Assembly (NCBI GenBank): GCA_965215885.1
Contig: CBDCEW010000033.1
Location: 1-59,619, forward strand
Origin: Candidatus Moanibacter sp.
Lineage (GTDB): Bacteria > Verrucomicrobiota > Verrucomicrobiia > Opitutales > UBA2987
Reading direction: 5' to 3'
Length of the DNA: 59,619 nucleotides
Every line of letters starts with the position of its first letter. Position 1 is the first letter of the stretch. This document shows, piece by piece, positions 40,404-51,222 of the stretch. The translations under genes and the position numbers were made by a program. The notes below the pieces were generated by a model. The model did no database searches. It saw nothing but the letters and a program-made list of their open reading frames with translations, and was not told the origin of the DNA.

Positions 40404-41946
40404 AAACCGAATCGCGTTGTTTTTTTGCCTGCGCTGCTTTTGAAGGGAGCGGATTCGGCCTCGTAGCACCAGATAGTGCAAGTAAAAGTCGATCCGACCC
40501 CGATTTTACTGTCCATGGTGATATCCCCACCCATGAGATCCGCTAGCTTCTTTGAAATGACGAGGCCGAGTCCCGTGCCGCCGAATTTGCGACTGGTCGT
40601 GGTATCCTCCTGGATGAAGGGCTGAAAGAGTTTCGATTTAGCTTCTTCCTCAATGCCCACACCGGTGTCCTTGACCTTGATAGTTAAGCAAGTCTTGCTG
40701 ACTACCCGGTCCTTGACAGACACATTGACCGTGATCTCTCCATCGTCGGTGAATTTGATGGCGTTGCCGACGAGATTGTTGAGAATTTGCCAGATCCGCG
40801 TAGGGTCGCCGATTATCAATTGAGGAACGTCACGCTCGATGGTGAGCCGAAGCTGGAGATTCTTCTCCTTTGCCGAGTCTTTTAGCAGACCGATGACCTC
40901 TTCCACGACGCGGAAAACATCGAGTTCGAGCTGTTCCAACTCCAGCTTGTTGGCCTCGATTTTTGAGAGATCGAGGATATTGTTAATGATGCTGAGGAGG
41001 CGGCGCCCGTTCCGATTGACCTTTTCCAGTCGGTCCAGATCGCTATCCTGGAGGTTTCCCCCTCTATTTTTCATAAGGACTCCCGAGAAGCCGATAATAG
41101 CGTTGAGAGGAGTGCGGAGCTCATGGCTCATGTTTGCTACGAATTCGCTCTTCGCTCTGCTCGCTTCCTGGGCGTTTTGCTTTTCCTCAACGAGTTCAAA
41201 TTCCGTCAATTTCCGGCTCTGGATTTCTTTTTGCAGCGCGATGTTCTGGTGCAGCGGTTTCGCAAGGCCTTTATGGTATTGATGCGCCTTTATCGATATA
41301 AAGAGGAGATAGAGAAGGGCGAAGAGACCGAGTTTAATCGCTTCGGGTTTAATTCCCCGAAGCTTGCTTCGTTTCTAATTCATAAAGTCTAATATCAAAT
41401 GCCTCGGGGCTTGCCCCGAGGATCTTTACTGTGATCGGCGTCGCCGTGCACGAAAAACATAATTGATAGCGGCACAATGACGGGAACCATGAAAGTCCAG
41501 AATGCGCTCATAACCGAGGTGAGTACCGTTACCGAAGTGGCGGTGAGCACAACCAGGATTGAAAGCAGGAGAAACTGGAGCGAAGTGTCATCAAAAGGAT
41601 AGAATCGCAAGCTGAAGCCGCCCCAACCGATTCCTGTCAGAAGCGTCCCCCAGACAAATCGGTTCTTCCACTGCCGCATGGCATCATCCGGTGGATCAAG
41701 CGCCTTGAACCGATTAATAAGTATATGGCGTCCGGCAAAGACAACTGCCATATAGAAGATCCACGCTCCCATGTGCCAGTGTGGATTAGCGATTGCAAAT
41801 ATGACGACCAGGAGGATGGCTATTGCAGAATTTGCAATCAGGTCCGAGTGGACCTCCTTGAAAAGGAGACGCACCTGAGCGATGTTGATGCTTTCATCCA
41901 AAGATGTGTGCACCTTGGCCGCTTTCGTTGGTTTCCCTTTGCTCAT
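40400..41946 (-). pseudogene. Membrane sensor histidine kinase, interrupted
   Basis: TM domain at 41430-41946 is separated from the HisKA (SHELRTPL) and HATPase (NAIKFT, DTGVG, GTGLGL) part by foreign sequence. Confidence 0.8.
41290..41428. mobile_element. IS200/IS605-type end remnant (hairpins)
   Basis: Hairpins CGAAGC-TT-GCTTCG (41358-41371) and CCTCGGGGC-TT-GCCCCGAGG (41402-41421); boundaries approximate. Confidence 0.5.
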
Positions 41947-42182
41947 AAAGGAAGCAAGGAAGACTTAATTGAGCGATTTTGCAAATCTATTAGGATATTC
42001 GCGGAAATCGCGGGCCTTTTCAAGAAGAAGGGCTTCGTATTTCTGAATTTTATCGAAGGGATATTCTGGGATTTGGTCGCGCTTGGTGACCGTACCCCTT
42101 TACTATTCCAAAGCGTGCGGGGAAGCTGGCGGTTTTATGCGGCTGGAGTTAAAATGAGAAGCAGGTGCTCTTGTCATTAAGA

Positions 42183-43490
42183 CTAAATGTCCCGCGACGG
42201 CCGGCTTCCGAAACCAGCTTCTTCCTCCATCCATCTCCTTCGTTCCTCGCGCAGGAGGCCTCTTTCCTCCCAATCGAGTTCGCCATTACCGTCTAAGTCA
42301 AAAATTTCCAAAATCTCGGGTGGAAGCTGACCTCCCATCATTCCTCCTCTCCGACCCATTCCGGATCCGCGCCGGGCGCGGCCTCCGTCGGGATCGCGGG
42401 CGAGGTGGATCGAATAATCCTGGGTGATCGCCCTGCACCACCCTTCCTCGTCGTTACATCCGTAATAGGAGACGGACAGCTGCAGTGGTCCTGGAGTGCC
42501 GTCGCCTGCAACCTCGATGAGAAACTCCCGTGGATCGATGTCGGACGCCTCCTTCACTTCGGGGGCTTCACCGGATAGCGGCGTTACTGAGATAGCGTCG
42601 GGACTTACAATGTGAAAGCGGAGAGGATCGACGAGATTGTTCCAGTGAACCCGGTAAATCGGGTCGAGATGAAAGCCGAGGTAGATCTTTCCATTGCCGT
42701 TCTCTAAGACAGAAGGGACTGCTTCGGCTCTGAGTTTGACGTAAAAGGGATGCTTGGACTGAGCGATTTGGGGCTCAGTTTTTAAGGGAATCATTCTTCC
42801 CGGTAACGCTATTCTCGGCACAACCCCACTCGCGGCAACGCTCGGCGGGGGTTCTGTTTTCATATCGAGATCGGAGATTCGAGTTGGATTTTCCACAATT
42901 CCGACAAGCGTTTCGAGATCGCGGCGGAGTTCGTCGGGCCGGCTCCAGACGCGCATGCGGGCAATCTTTCCGTCTGGATCGATGAGAAATTCCGAATTGG
43001 GAGCGTTGCCCATGGCATGCTTGAGATCATTCTCTATGGTGTCGGACAGCCAGGTTATGTCGGAGCCAAGAGTCCTTTTGGCTTCCTTTATGTGCATGAG
43101 GCGTTCCTCGAGCGTAATCGGTTTTACATAACCGTTGCGCTCAGGATGAGTCAGCGCTTTGTAAATGTAGTAGAAATTCACGCCCTTGAGTGAATAATCC
43201 CGATAGATGGTCTCCAAACTGGAGACGTTTCTAAGAAAAGGCGGTCAAGTGAGACAGCCGAATACGATGACGGTATAGTTCCCCTTTAGACTGTCCCATC
43301 GGAACGGGTTGCCTTCTTCGTCAACACAGAAAATGTCGGGCAGGGGATCACCAACTTTGAGGCCCGACTGGGAGAAATTCTCGTAAGGGCCTGACTGCGC
43401 GAAAACTCTCCCGGGAAATTGGCCGTGGGAAACGAATGCGAAATTGGAAACGAGTAGGAAACCGAAAACAATTGCTGATCGGATTTTCAT
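42183..43490 (-). CDS. Exported thioredoxin-fold (deiodinase-like) selenoprotein candidate, 435 aa with Sec82, DsbD-N-like domain and EF-hand
   Basis: Track ORFs 43245-43490 and 42183-43217 are in frame across one TGA: VFGCLT-U-PPFLR; signal peptide; SECIS-like hairpin downstream. Confidence 0.85.
43210..43226 (-). promoter_or_regulatory. Bacterial SECIS-like hairpin
   Basis: GUCUCCA-GUU-UGGAGAC beginning 18 nt after the UGA, with GU in the apical loop. Confidence 0.7.
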
Positions 43491-43818
43491 ATTTAAACTC
43501 CGGATATGGTTACAGTAGGACTAATGTCGCTCTCACCTGTGTAATGGAATTTATGAAACACGACACTTTACCGAGATTGATCAACCCCGGCATAGCGGGA
43601 TGGTTTCAAATAAGTCGCGCCCCCGGCGTGCGGTATGCTGCCGGATCAAACGTAACTGTTTAGCGTTTCTGAGGCTGCCCCGGTCTTGTGCCCATCGTTC
43701 TGAATTTCGGTTGGCACGCAAATTGCGTGGAGTTCTCTGGTTAGAGCATGAAGAAAATGGGGAGCAGAGGGAGGGCACTGGAGTCGTTGTCAGGAGGCAA
43801 TCCGATGGGGTTGCGGGT

Positions 43819-45970
43819 TTAAGGATTGATCCTGGCGATTACAGACTTCGAAGAGTTCCTCAAGGAAGTTTTCTTTTCGCAGGAGCTTTTTGGGCAATCG
43901 ACCCACGGCGAGGTTTTTCTGTTCGCCCGCCAGTGACTGAAGGGGGGTGCTTTCTGTGCAGCCTGGGCAAGCTTTTGGGGCAGATTATCGATACTGCCTA
44001 AAACCAGCTCCACATAGCGGGGATTGTGTAAGTTGGGCAGGAGCATGTATTCTTCGGGGAGCGCTTCAAAGTCGCGCGTCAGATTTTTGCGCCCGTGGGT
44101 TTGACGGCGTTTGCGCTTGGAGGTGCGCCAGGTGCCTTCCAGCTCATTGGTCGTGCGTACGCTGTCTGGATGGGCCGGTGGGGGAAGCAGCCGCTGCCAG
44201 TATTTGTCCAGATGAGTGACCACGGTGCGGTAGAGTTTGGCTTTCGAGGGGTTGGTCAGGGAGGCGCCTTTTTGGCGATATTGGGCACGCAGCAACTGGA
44301 GAGCCTCGGTGAGCTCAGCGGCTTGTCCTGCTTGCAACAGATAAGGGTCGCTTAAAGGGCAGGGGCCGCTGGCGCTGAGCCAAAGGGCATCGCGCAAAGC
44401 GCTGAAAATGCAAAAAGCGTTTTCATAGCTAGTAGCGGCTTCGATGACGAGGGCATCAGCCAGATACTGCTTCAACTGAGCTTCAAAGCGGTCAGATTCA
44501 AGTTCCTCCCCTCGGCGTTTTCGGATGCGGCAGAAAGATGAAAGAAGCTTCGCAGAACAGAGCAACTGGCAGGAGCGCGGGCAAGCCACTGCTCCAGGGC
44601 GGCATGGGCGCGCACGACCCGCCGATGCCAATAAAGCAGGTAAGGCCAAAATCGAAGGGAAAGCCCTGGCGGTGACCGTCGCAGGGATAATCCAAAATCC
44701 ACAATTGCAGGGCGGCCATGCTCAGCAGTTCCCGTGCAAGGGCAGGGATAATCCAAAATCCACATCTCCTGCATCCTTTGCGAAAATCCTCCAGCCCGAA
44801 TATATGGCGATTGGCCCGCATGAGCAGAATCCTCCCATCCCAGCTGTTTGCAAGGGTGGGATCGTCAGCTTCCCGAAATCGTCCCATTGCTCCTGGAGGG
44901 CAAAGACTGCTATGGCTGAGCGTTTGGCGGTGATCCTCAGTCCCCGCCTCTGAAGAAATCCGCAAGGCTCATCGACTCGCGCGAGCGCTTTCACGTATAC
45001 CGCATAAGCCGGAGGCGGTGAGCAAATCGGCCAGGACGAGGGCGTGTTTTTCATTTGCGGCGCGAAGGCGTGTCACGGAGCTTTGCGGTGATGTGTTTGC
45101 GTTGCTCGCGCATGCGCTCCATGAGCTTCAATTGCCGCAAGCGCCCGTTGAGCATCTGCTGGGGTTTTCGATCCACAAAGCTGATTCGCCCACATTGCGG
45201 GCGAAATGATAATGGCAGACGCCATGGGGGGCCTGGAAGGTTTCGCTCTCGCAGGCCTTGCTGATCTGAGCGCTTAAATCATGATAGACATGGTGGGGTT
45301 GGCCAAAAGCCCGGGCCGCCCGGGCAAAACAGCCACTGATCGTTTCGCTCTGTTCGGAAGGCATTTTCCAGCTGCCCAAAAGGATCCCTTCGTCGGCTTC
45401 CTGAACAGCGAAGAAAACCGGCGTCTGCGGTTCCACGGTCCCATCCACCAGCCAGCGCAGGCAAGGGCGAGCGCTCAGGTAATCTTTAAGCACCGGAGCG
45501 GCCGCGGCGTGCAGCCGACCCAGATAAAAAAGAAACTTCTGCTGCATCTCATAGAGGCTGCTTTGAGCAATCTGCAGCTGCCCCGGGCCCTCGCGCAGTT
45601 CCCTGTGCACCTCTTTGAGGGTGGCGCTTTCGCACAAACATCGCTTGCCCACATAGGCAATCAGATCGTAAGCGTAGCGACTATGCGAGGGCACGATCTG
45701 TTCCAGGCGAGCAGAACGGTAGCTGTTGCGGTGGCTCCCTTGCCCCTGCTCGCGCACAACTTCCACCGCCTGGAAGCATCCATAGGAGAAACTGACCACC
45801 TTGCGGCGCAGGGTCTTGCGCACCTCTGAAGGACCCTCTTCGTCCTCCCGGGCATCGAAGCGATAACTCGTTTGCGCAGGCACAGCCCCCACCGTTTGCA
45901 GGGCCCGTTCAGCCTCTGCCCGCAAATCATGTAACAGCTCCGCTACCGCGATCGGTCCGGTTTTTTTTGA
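43819..45970 (-). pseudogene. Large DDE transposase, frameshifted and scrambled
   Basis: LVDGT, W..PSE, HDLS, CHYHF.R..G, RTTNELE motifs spread over several frames. Confidence 0.7.
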
Positions 45971-46679
45971 GCGAGTAAAACGCCATCACCCGCTCAATTT
46001 GCTCCCCGCTCAGCTCTACTCCCTGCTCTTGCATAAGCTCGACAAGCTCCTTGACCCCGGCCTCGGGATGGCCGATACAGGCGACCAGCAAAGCGATCAC
46101 GACCATCGTTTCGAGCCCTTCGGGAGCTGCCTGCAAAGCGCCCCCGGGGTCCCCTGCCTGAACTTGTGCCGCTGTTCTTCGCCCTTGCCGCCGCTTTTTC
46201 TGTTCGGCCCCGCCCTGTTCCCCGGCCGAGACATACACGCAGTGACGCCCTTCATAGTATCGACTCAACCGCTTCTTTCTACAAAGCACGCTTATGGGGT
46301 TGTGCACCCGTACCCCAAGGAGGGTCTCCAACTCAGCCACCGTGTAGCCGCAAAGCGAAGCTCCCACCACCGCCTCCACGGTCTCCTCCAAGGTGCCGTG
46401 GCGCGAAAAGCGCCCCTTGCGAAAACGCCACAAACCGGCCCCGTCAAAGCGCGGAATGTCTTTCAAGCTCAGGTAGCCACAATTGGCATTGTAACTGGAG
46501 TAATGGCCATATTTTTGCAAAGCCCGATAGACCGTTCGCCGCGACACCCTCTGCTCCTTCATCAGCCTCCACACCGTGCTTACCCGATCCCGCCGTACCG
46601 CTTCGACCACCTCCCTCTCTTTACGCGAAAGCTCTTCTTGCATGCACCGGCACAGTATGGAAAGGAGGCAAAACTGCAA
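45927..46679 (-). CDS. IS accessory ORF, predicted HTH/DNA-binding protein
   Basis: VSRRTVYRAL HTH-like segment, SSYN...Y..L..IP.FD..GLW..FS.HGTL; lies inside the inverted repeats upstream of the transposase; start uncertain. Confidence 0.6.
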   Translation of the reverse strand: MQFCLLSILCRCMQEELSRKEREVVEAVRRDRVSTVWRLMKEQRVSRRTVYRALQKYGHYSSYNANCGYLSLKDIPRFDGAGLWRFRKGRFSRHGTLEETVEAVVGASLCGYTVAELETLLGVRVHNPISVLCRKKRLSRYYEGRHCVYVSAGEQGGAEQKKRRQGRRTAAQVQAGDPGGALQAAPEGLETMVVIALLVACIGHPEAGVKELVELMQEQGVELSGEQIERVMAFYSLKKNRTDRGSGAVT

Positions 46680-47064
46680 ACTTTATTTTACATACAATGC
46701 CAATACCAACTTTCTCCAGCTCCCTTCGCTTCTACTCAATTGCCACCAGAAATCAACTCCCCGTTCAAAGCGCTTTTGTAACTGATTAATACTCAACAAG
46801 TTTCTAACTGAAAACAAACCTGCAGGAAAAGCTCTCTACCTCTAACGAACCCACACACAACAATCGTTGAAACTCCATTCTGGCATACTATGTAATCAAT
46901 AGAATCTTGCAAGTGCCTGAATAACATTTACTTTGGGTTCTCCAACCCAATTTCGTAATTATGGGCACAAGACCGGGGCAGCCAGCAATCAAAGGCACGC
47001 TAAACACGTAGAAGCCGTACCGCAGAGTTGGATCCGGCAAGAGTCGGCGCAGCTTGGGGTCCGG

Positions 47065-47595
47065 CTATTCAGATTCCGAGGATTTCCTGCGCTTAACGAC
47101 CCACTTTATAATGGTTTCATCTTCATTCTCCCCTACAACACGCAGAAATTCAGCGGGATGGATGTCGCTCTCTTTGAGGAAACGCCGGTCACCGCCACAG
47201 GAATACATAATCTCCGGATCCAGTTCCCCGCGAATTTTCGCCTTCGCCTTTTGAATAATCCGGGGCAACCAGGGTATTCCTTCAAGGGAGGACTTTCTAG
47301 GCGCCAGACTCTGTTCTTCGACGATTCGAGACGACCATTCTCCATTCTGTACTTCCAGGAAAAATGATCTTCGTATTTCATGGATCATTGCAAAAGTAGG
47401 GAAATCGGGCTCCCCGGCATTGTGGTAGTCTTCCGCGTAGTCGTAGACTTCATGAGCGGTGATTCCTATAGAGCGAAGAAACTGTAGCTCCTTAGAATTG
47501 AAATAAGCATCCGCTTCGCGATTACCGGCTGCGTAGAGTCCTACCGCTTTTTCCCAGAGCTCTTTCAATATTATCTGATAATCGTAATGTTTCAT
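47065..47595 (-). CDS. DUF5069-like protein
   Basis: L.GIPWLPRII.KA.AK..GEL....MY.CGGDR.FL; the first 15 aa of the track ORF are MITE-derived. Confidence 0.7.
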   Translation of the reverse strand: MKHYDYQIILKELWEKAVGLYAAGNREADAYFNSKELQFLRSIGITAHEVYDYAEDYHNAGEPDFPTFAMIHEIRRSFFLEVQNGEWSSRIVEEQSLAPRKSSLEGIPWLPRIIQKAKAKIRGELDPEIMYSCGGDRRFLKESDIHPAEFLRVVGENEDETIIKWVVKRRKSSESE

Positions 47596-47695
47596 TAGGA
47601 ATCTGTCGGTCTCATCTTTGTCGAGATACACATCTGTCACCTAAGAAATCCGTACCACCAGGATGTTCAGACTGCTCAGTCCGACAGATTCCTAG
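47595..47695. mobile_element. MITE family C (101 bp)
   Basis: TTAGGAATCTGTCGG...CCGACAGATTCCTAG. Confidence 0.8.
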
Positions 47696-49974
47696 GAGAG
47701 ACATAGCGTGAAGTCGATATGCTGTTTGAGTCGGTCCACACGCTCCACGGTAACATCGATTTCCTGACCGAGGGCAAAAGAATTCTGTCTCCGGCGTCCG
47801 ACGAGGGCAGTGCCGTCCGAATTGAGGGCGTATAAGTCGGGAGGCAGACCGGAGGCATGAACAAGACCGAAGGCCATTGATTCCTTCAACTCGACGAAGA
47901 ATCCGTGGTTTCGAATATCAATGATCACCGCTTCGAATTTGGACTTTTTCCGCTTTCGGGCTTCGCGCTCAAAAAACTCGAGGAGTTTCAATTTCACGGA
48001 TTCTCTCTCAGCTTCAACGCTATTCCGTTCGGTTATAGACAGGTGTTGAGCCAGGTCCCTGAGTTCAGAGATCCGGTATTTTCGGGGTGACTTCGAAAGT
48101 GCCGTGCGATGGGCGGTCTCGGTCAAAAATCGATTGAGGACGCGATGAACGTTGAGGTCGGAATATCGTCTAATGGGTGAAGTAAAATGTGTGTAGTCGA
48201 GCTTGTTTAATCCAAAATGCCCGTCGCGCTCTGTACGATAACAGGCCTGCTTCATGCTCCGCAGGAATTCAATTCTCAAAGCGGCGCTCTGGGGATGACC
48301 CTTGATCGTTCTCAACAGACGGGTGATCTCTTTCCGGTTGTTAAGGTCGCCCACTTTCAGGTTAAAGCGGGCCAGAAACTCGCGCAGTTCGGCAAGTCTT
48401 TCCCGATCCGGTTTGTCATGCACCCTGTGTATGAAGGGCAGTTGCGCGCCGTAAAGGGCTTTCGCAACGGCTTCGTTGGCGGCCAACATGAATTCTTCGA
48501 TGAGTTGGTGGCTCTCATCGTATTGAATCTGCTCTATGCGGTCGGCGTATCCTTTTTTGTCGACATAAATCTTGAATTCGGGCGCATCGAGATCGAGGCT
48601 ACCTTTATTCATCCGGCGATTACGCAGCCCTATAGCGAGGCGCCACAATTTGCGAATGGTGTCTCTCAGGCGTATTAATTCCTTGTCGGGGAGTTTGGAG
48701 AGGGGACGACCGGCAAACCCGGTCTGATGTTTCGGTGGAGGAGGATGTCTTCGTATCTCGTCCAGATTGTCTTCCGTTAGGAGTGCTCGAGCCTGATGAT
48801 AGGTGAGGCGTTTTCGGCTGTGAATGACGGTATTGGCGAATTCGGTGGTTTTGATGCGTCCTTTTGCTGAAAAAGTCAAAAATACACTCTTCGTTAGGCG
48901 GTCTTCCCCTTCGATGAGACTGCATATTCCGTTGGAAAGAGCGTGCGGGAGCATAGGAATCACTTGATCCACGAGGTAAGTGGAGTTGCCCCGGCTCTGA
49001 GCCTGCTTGTCGCAGACTGATCCAGGCCGGACATAGGCGCTCACATCCGCGATATGCACGCCCACCTTCATCTCGCCGGATTCCAGACACTCAATAGAGA
49101 GGGCATCGTCAAAATCCTTGGCGTCGACCGGATCGATCGTCAAGGTGAGCTGATGCCGCAGGTCCAAACGGTTTCGTAGATCTTTCACTCTTACCTCTTG
49201 AGGCAGTTTTTGGACTTCATTTACTACCGATGGGGGGAATTCAGCATTGAGGCCGTAGCGGTGGAGGAGGGCGCGAGACTCGGCCGAGGGTTCGGCTGTC
49301 TTCCCCAGGAGCGCGGTAATTTCTCCCTCCGGATTGAGATGACGCTCCTTCCACTCCTTCAGATTGACGACAACTTTATCGTCGACGGCGGGAGTCGGAT
49401 GAATACCCGAGGCACGCGGATTGGGAACAAGGATGTCGTAGATGATCTTCGGATCGTCCGGAATTACAAAATGGTAGAGGTGGCTTCGCTTAAGGGTACC
49501 GGTTATTGTGTTTCTCGCCCTCTTGAGAACGCGAATGACTTGCGCATTGTCGGATTCCGGTGTTGCTACGGCTTTGCCCTTACGACCCATTTGATAGCGG
49601 TATGATCGTCGCTTCGGACGCTTTCGGCGGACCAGGACATGATCCCTATCCATGGCTACTCCAGTGTCTCTAGCCCGTACCAACAGTGACGGCGACTCAA
49701 CCTTTCCGGAGAGCGGATCGGGAATAAAGAGCGCTCTTCCGCTTTGTCGGAATCGGATTGTTCCCGTGAGAAGATCAGCGTCTTGCGGAAGGCAGAATCG
49801 ATTTTTCTTAGTGCGGACAATGCGGCCGCTCTCTACGAGAATTCTGAGCTCACGCTGTAAGGTGGTAATCCGATTTTTGCTGAGATTGAGGCGTTCGGCG
49901 AATTCGTTTGTCTTAAGGGGAACGTAGTCCCTTACACCCATTAGTTGTATAATCGCATCTTCAAACTGCATCAA
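47692..49974 (-). CDS. rnr: Ribonuclease R
   Basis: TIDP.DAKDFDDA, VHIADVS, LIEEFML.AN, YTHFTSPIRRY.D, C-terminal S1 domain. Confidence 0.95.
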   Translation of the reverse strand: MMQFEDAIIQLMGVRDYVPLKTNEFAERLNLSKNRITTLQRELRILVESGRIVRTKKNRFCLPQDADLLTGTIRFRQSGRALFIPDPLSGKVESPSLLVRARDTGVAMDRDHVLVRRKRPKRRSYRYQMGRKGKAVATPESDNAQVIRVLKRARNTITGTLKRSHLYHFVIPDDPKIIYDILVPNPRASGIHPTPAVDDKVVVNLKEWKERHLNPEGEITALLGKTAEPSAESRALLHRYGLNAEFPPSVVNEVQKLPQEVRVKDLRNRLDLRHQLTLTIDPVDAKDFDDALSIECLESGEMKVGVHIADVSAYVRPGSVCDKQAQSRGNSTYLVDQVIPMLPHALSNGICSLIEGEDRLTKSVFLTFSAKGRIKTTEFANTVIHSRKRLTYHQARALLTEDNLDEIRRHPPPPKHQTGFAGRPLSKLPDKELIRLRDTIRKLWRLAIGLRNRRMNKGSLDLDAPEFKIYVDKKGYADRIEQIQYDESHQLIEEFMLAANEAVAKALYGAQLPFIHRVHDKPDRERLAELREFLARFNLKVGDLNNRKEITRLLRTIKGHPQSAALRIEFLRSMKQACYRTERDGHFGLNKLDYTHFTSPIRRYSDLNVHRVLNRFLTETAHRTALSKSPRKYRISELRDLAQHLSITERNSVEAERESVKLKLLEFFEREARKRKKSKFEAVIIDIRNHGFFVELKESMAFGLVHASGLPPDLYALNSDGTALVGRRRQNSFALGQEIDVTVERVDRLKQHIDFTLCLS

Positions 49975-50693
49975 TCTCCACCGGTTCCTCCAATAATTGG
50001 TTTCACGATCGTAGCAGAGGGACTGATAGCGTTTCTTATATTCTTCGTCGCCTCTTGCGTGGTATAATCCAGCAGTGCACCTTCTCCGTCCTCTCCGTTA
50101 AGATTTTTGTAGAATTCGACATGACCATCGAGATAACCGATGTGCCCACCGGAACCTTCCCAAGGTGAGGTTTGACTATTCCATGAGCCGTTTGCTGATA
50201 ATCCGCGAGTCCAGATAAGGGGAGTCGTGGTGGCCGGTGATTGGGGGCTTAGCCCAGCCGCGGCTTCGTAGCCGACGGGCGAACCATACCAGGCACTCTC
50301 TTCAGTAATCGCTCCCGTGTTCTGATTCTTTCGAACGATGACCTTGGGCAGATCGGCGGAGGCGACGAAAGGGTCGACGTCGATATAGTAGAGGGAGGCG
50401 TCATTAAGGTCGACATCAGTGGCGAGTCTTTTACCCCAGTCGTAGATATTGCGGACAGCGTCTTGGCCGGTTGTAGGCATGGTTCTTACCCTATTGGCTT
50501 CAATTGAATAGGTCAGGTATGCCAAAGCGATCTGGTGAATATTGCTTCTGGCTTTTTCTCGTTGAGCGAGTTCGCGGGCCTTGCCGACCGCGGGGATAAT
50601 GAGAACTGCCAGAATGCCAATAATGGCAATGACGGTGAGCAATTCGACCAGGGTAAATCCAGAACTTGGCTTTCTCTGTTTGCCATTCTTCAT
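49971..50693 (-). CDS. Prepilin-type N-terminal cleavage protein with H-X9-DG-like C-terminal motif
   Basis: GFTLVELLTVIAIIGILA; GGHIGYLDGHV. Confidence 0.85.
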   Translation of the reverse strand: MKNGKQRKPSSGFTLVELLTVIAIIGILAVLIIPAVGKARELAQREKARSNIHQIALAYLTYSIEANRVRTMPTTGQDAVRNIYDWGKRLATDVDLNDASLYYIDVDPFVASADLPKVIVRKNQNTGAITEESAWYGSPVGYEAAAGLSPQSPATTTPLIWTRGLSANGSWNSQTSPWEGSGGHIGYLDGHVEFYKNLNGEDGEGALLDYTTQEATKNIRNAISPSATIVKPIIGGTGGD

Positions 50694-50736
50694 TTTCTTT
50701 CTGAAGGTGTGCGTCGGACGAATTCGAAGTTAGACA

Positions 50737-51222
50737 CTAGACGGCCAGCAGTTCCTTGAGGTATTTTAGAAGACTGGGAATGGCTTCGACAATCTGGTCG
50801 CGACATTCTTCATATTCCCTAATATGCATTCCGAAGGGATCCCGGATCTGAACTTCGCCCGGGGAGGGCATTTTTTCCCTGAAGAGAATTATTGGTACGT
50901 TCGAAGCGGGAAATAGCTCCCTTATCAGATAACGATGCGTTTCTGTCATGCAAAAAATGGCGGACGATTTCTCCACAAGCTCTCGAGTAATGCGTTTACT
51001 GCAGTGGTTGCTAAGGTCCAATCCCACTTTTTGCAAGACTCGAACCGAATTCATGGATGCCATGTCGCCTTCGATGGCGGAGATTCCAGCTGAAACGACT
51101 TTTAAGGAACCCAGTGGATCATCTTCTTTATTCAAGGCATGTGCGAGGAGCTTTTCCGCCATGGGACTGCGACACACATTAGCCGTACAGACGCACGTCA
51201 CGTATCGTGAATCTGTTGTCAT
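50737..51222 (-). CDS. Low-molecular-weight protein Tyr/Arg phosphatase
   Basis: VCTANVCRSPMAE, SAG, DPFG. Confidence 0.9.
   Translation of the reverse strand: MTTDSRYVTCVCTANVCRSPMAEKLLAHALNKEDDPLGSLKVVSAGISAIEGDMASMNSVRVLQKVGLDLSNHCSKRITRELVEKSSAIFCMTETHRYLIRELFPASNVPIILFREKMPSPGEVQIRDPFGMHIREYEECRDQIVEAIPSLLKYLKELLAV

Larger units (their letters stand above)
43673..46983 (-). mobile_element. 3.3-kb two-ORF insertion sequence (mutator-like CxxH DDE transposase), damaged
   Basis: Perfect 23-bp inverted repeat GGCTGCCCCGGTCTTGTGCCCAT at 43673-43695 and 46961-46983. Confidence 0.8.

Noticed and set aside
39567..40481. Long antisense or overlapping ORFs (also 9124-9918, 57495-58205 and others)
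   Set aside because: Shadows of well-supported genes on the opposite strand, with no recognisable motifs
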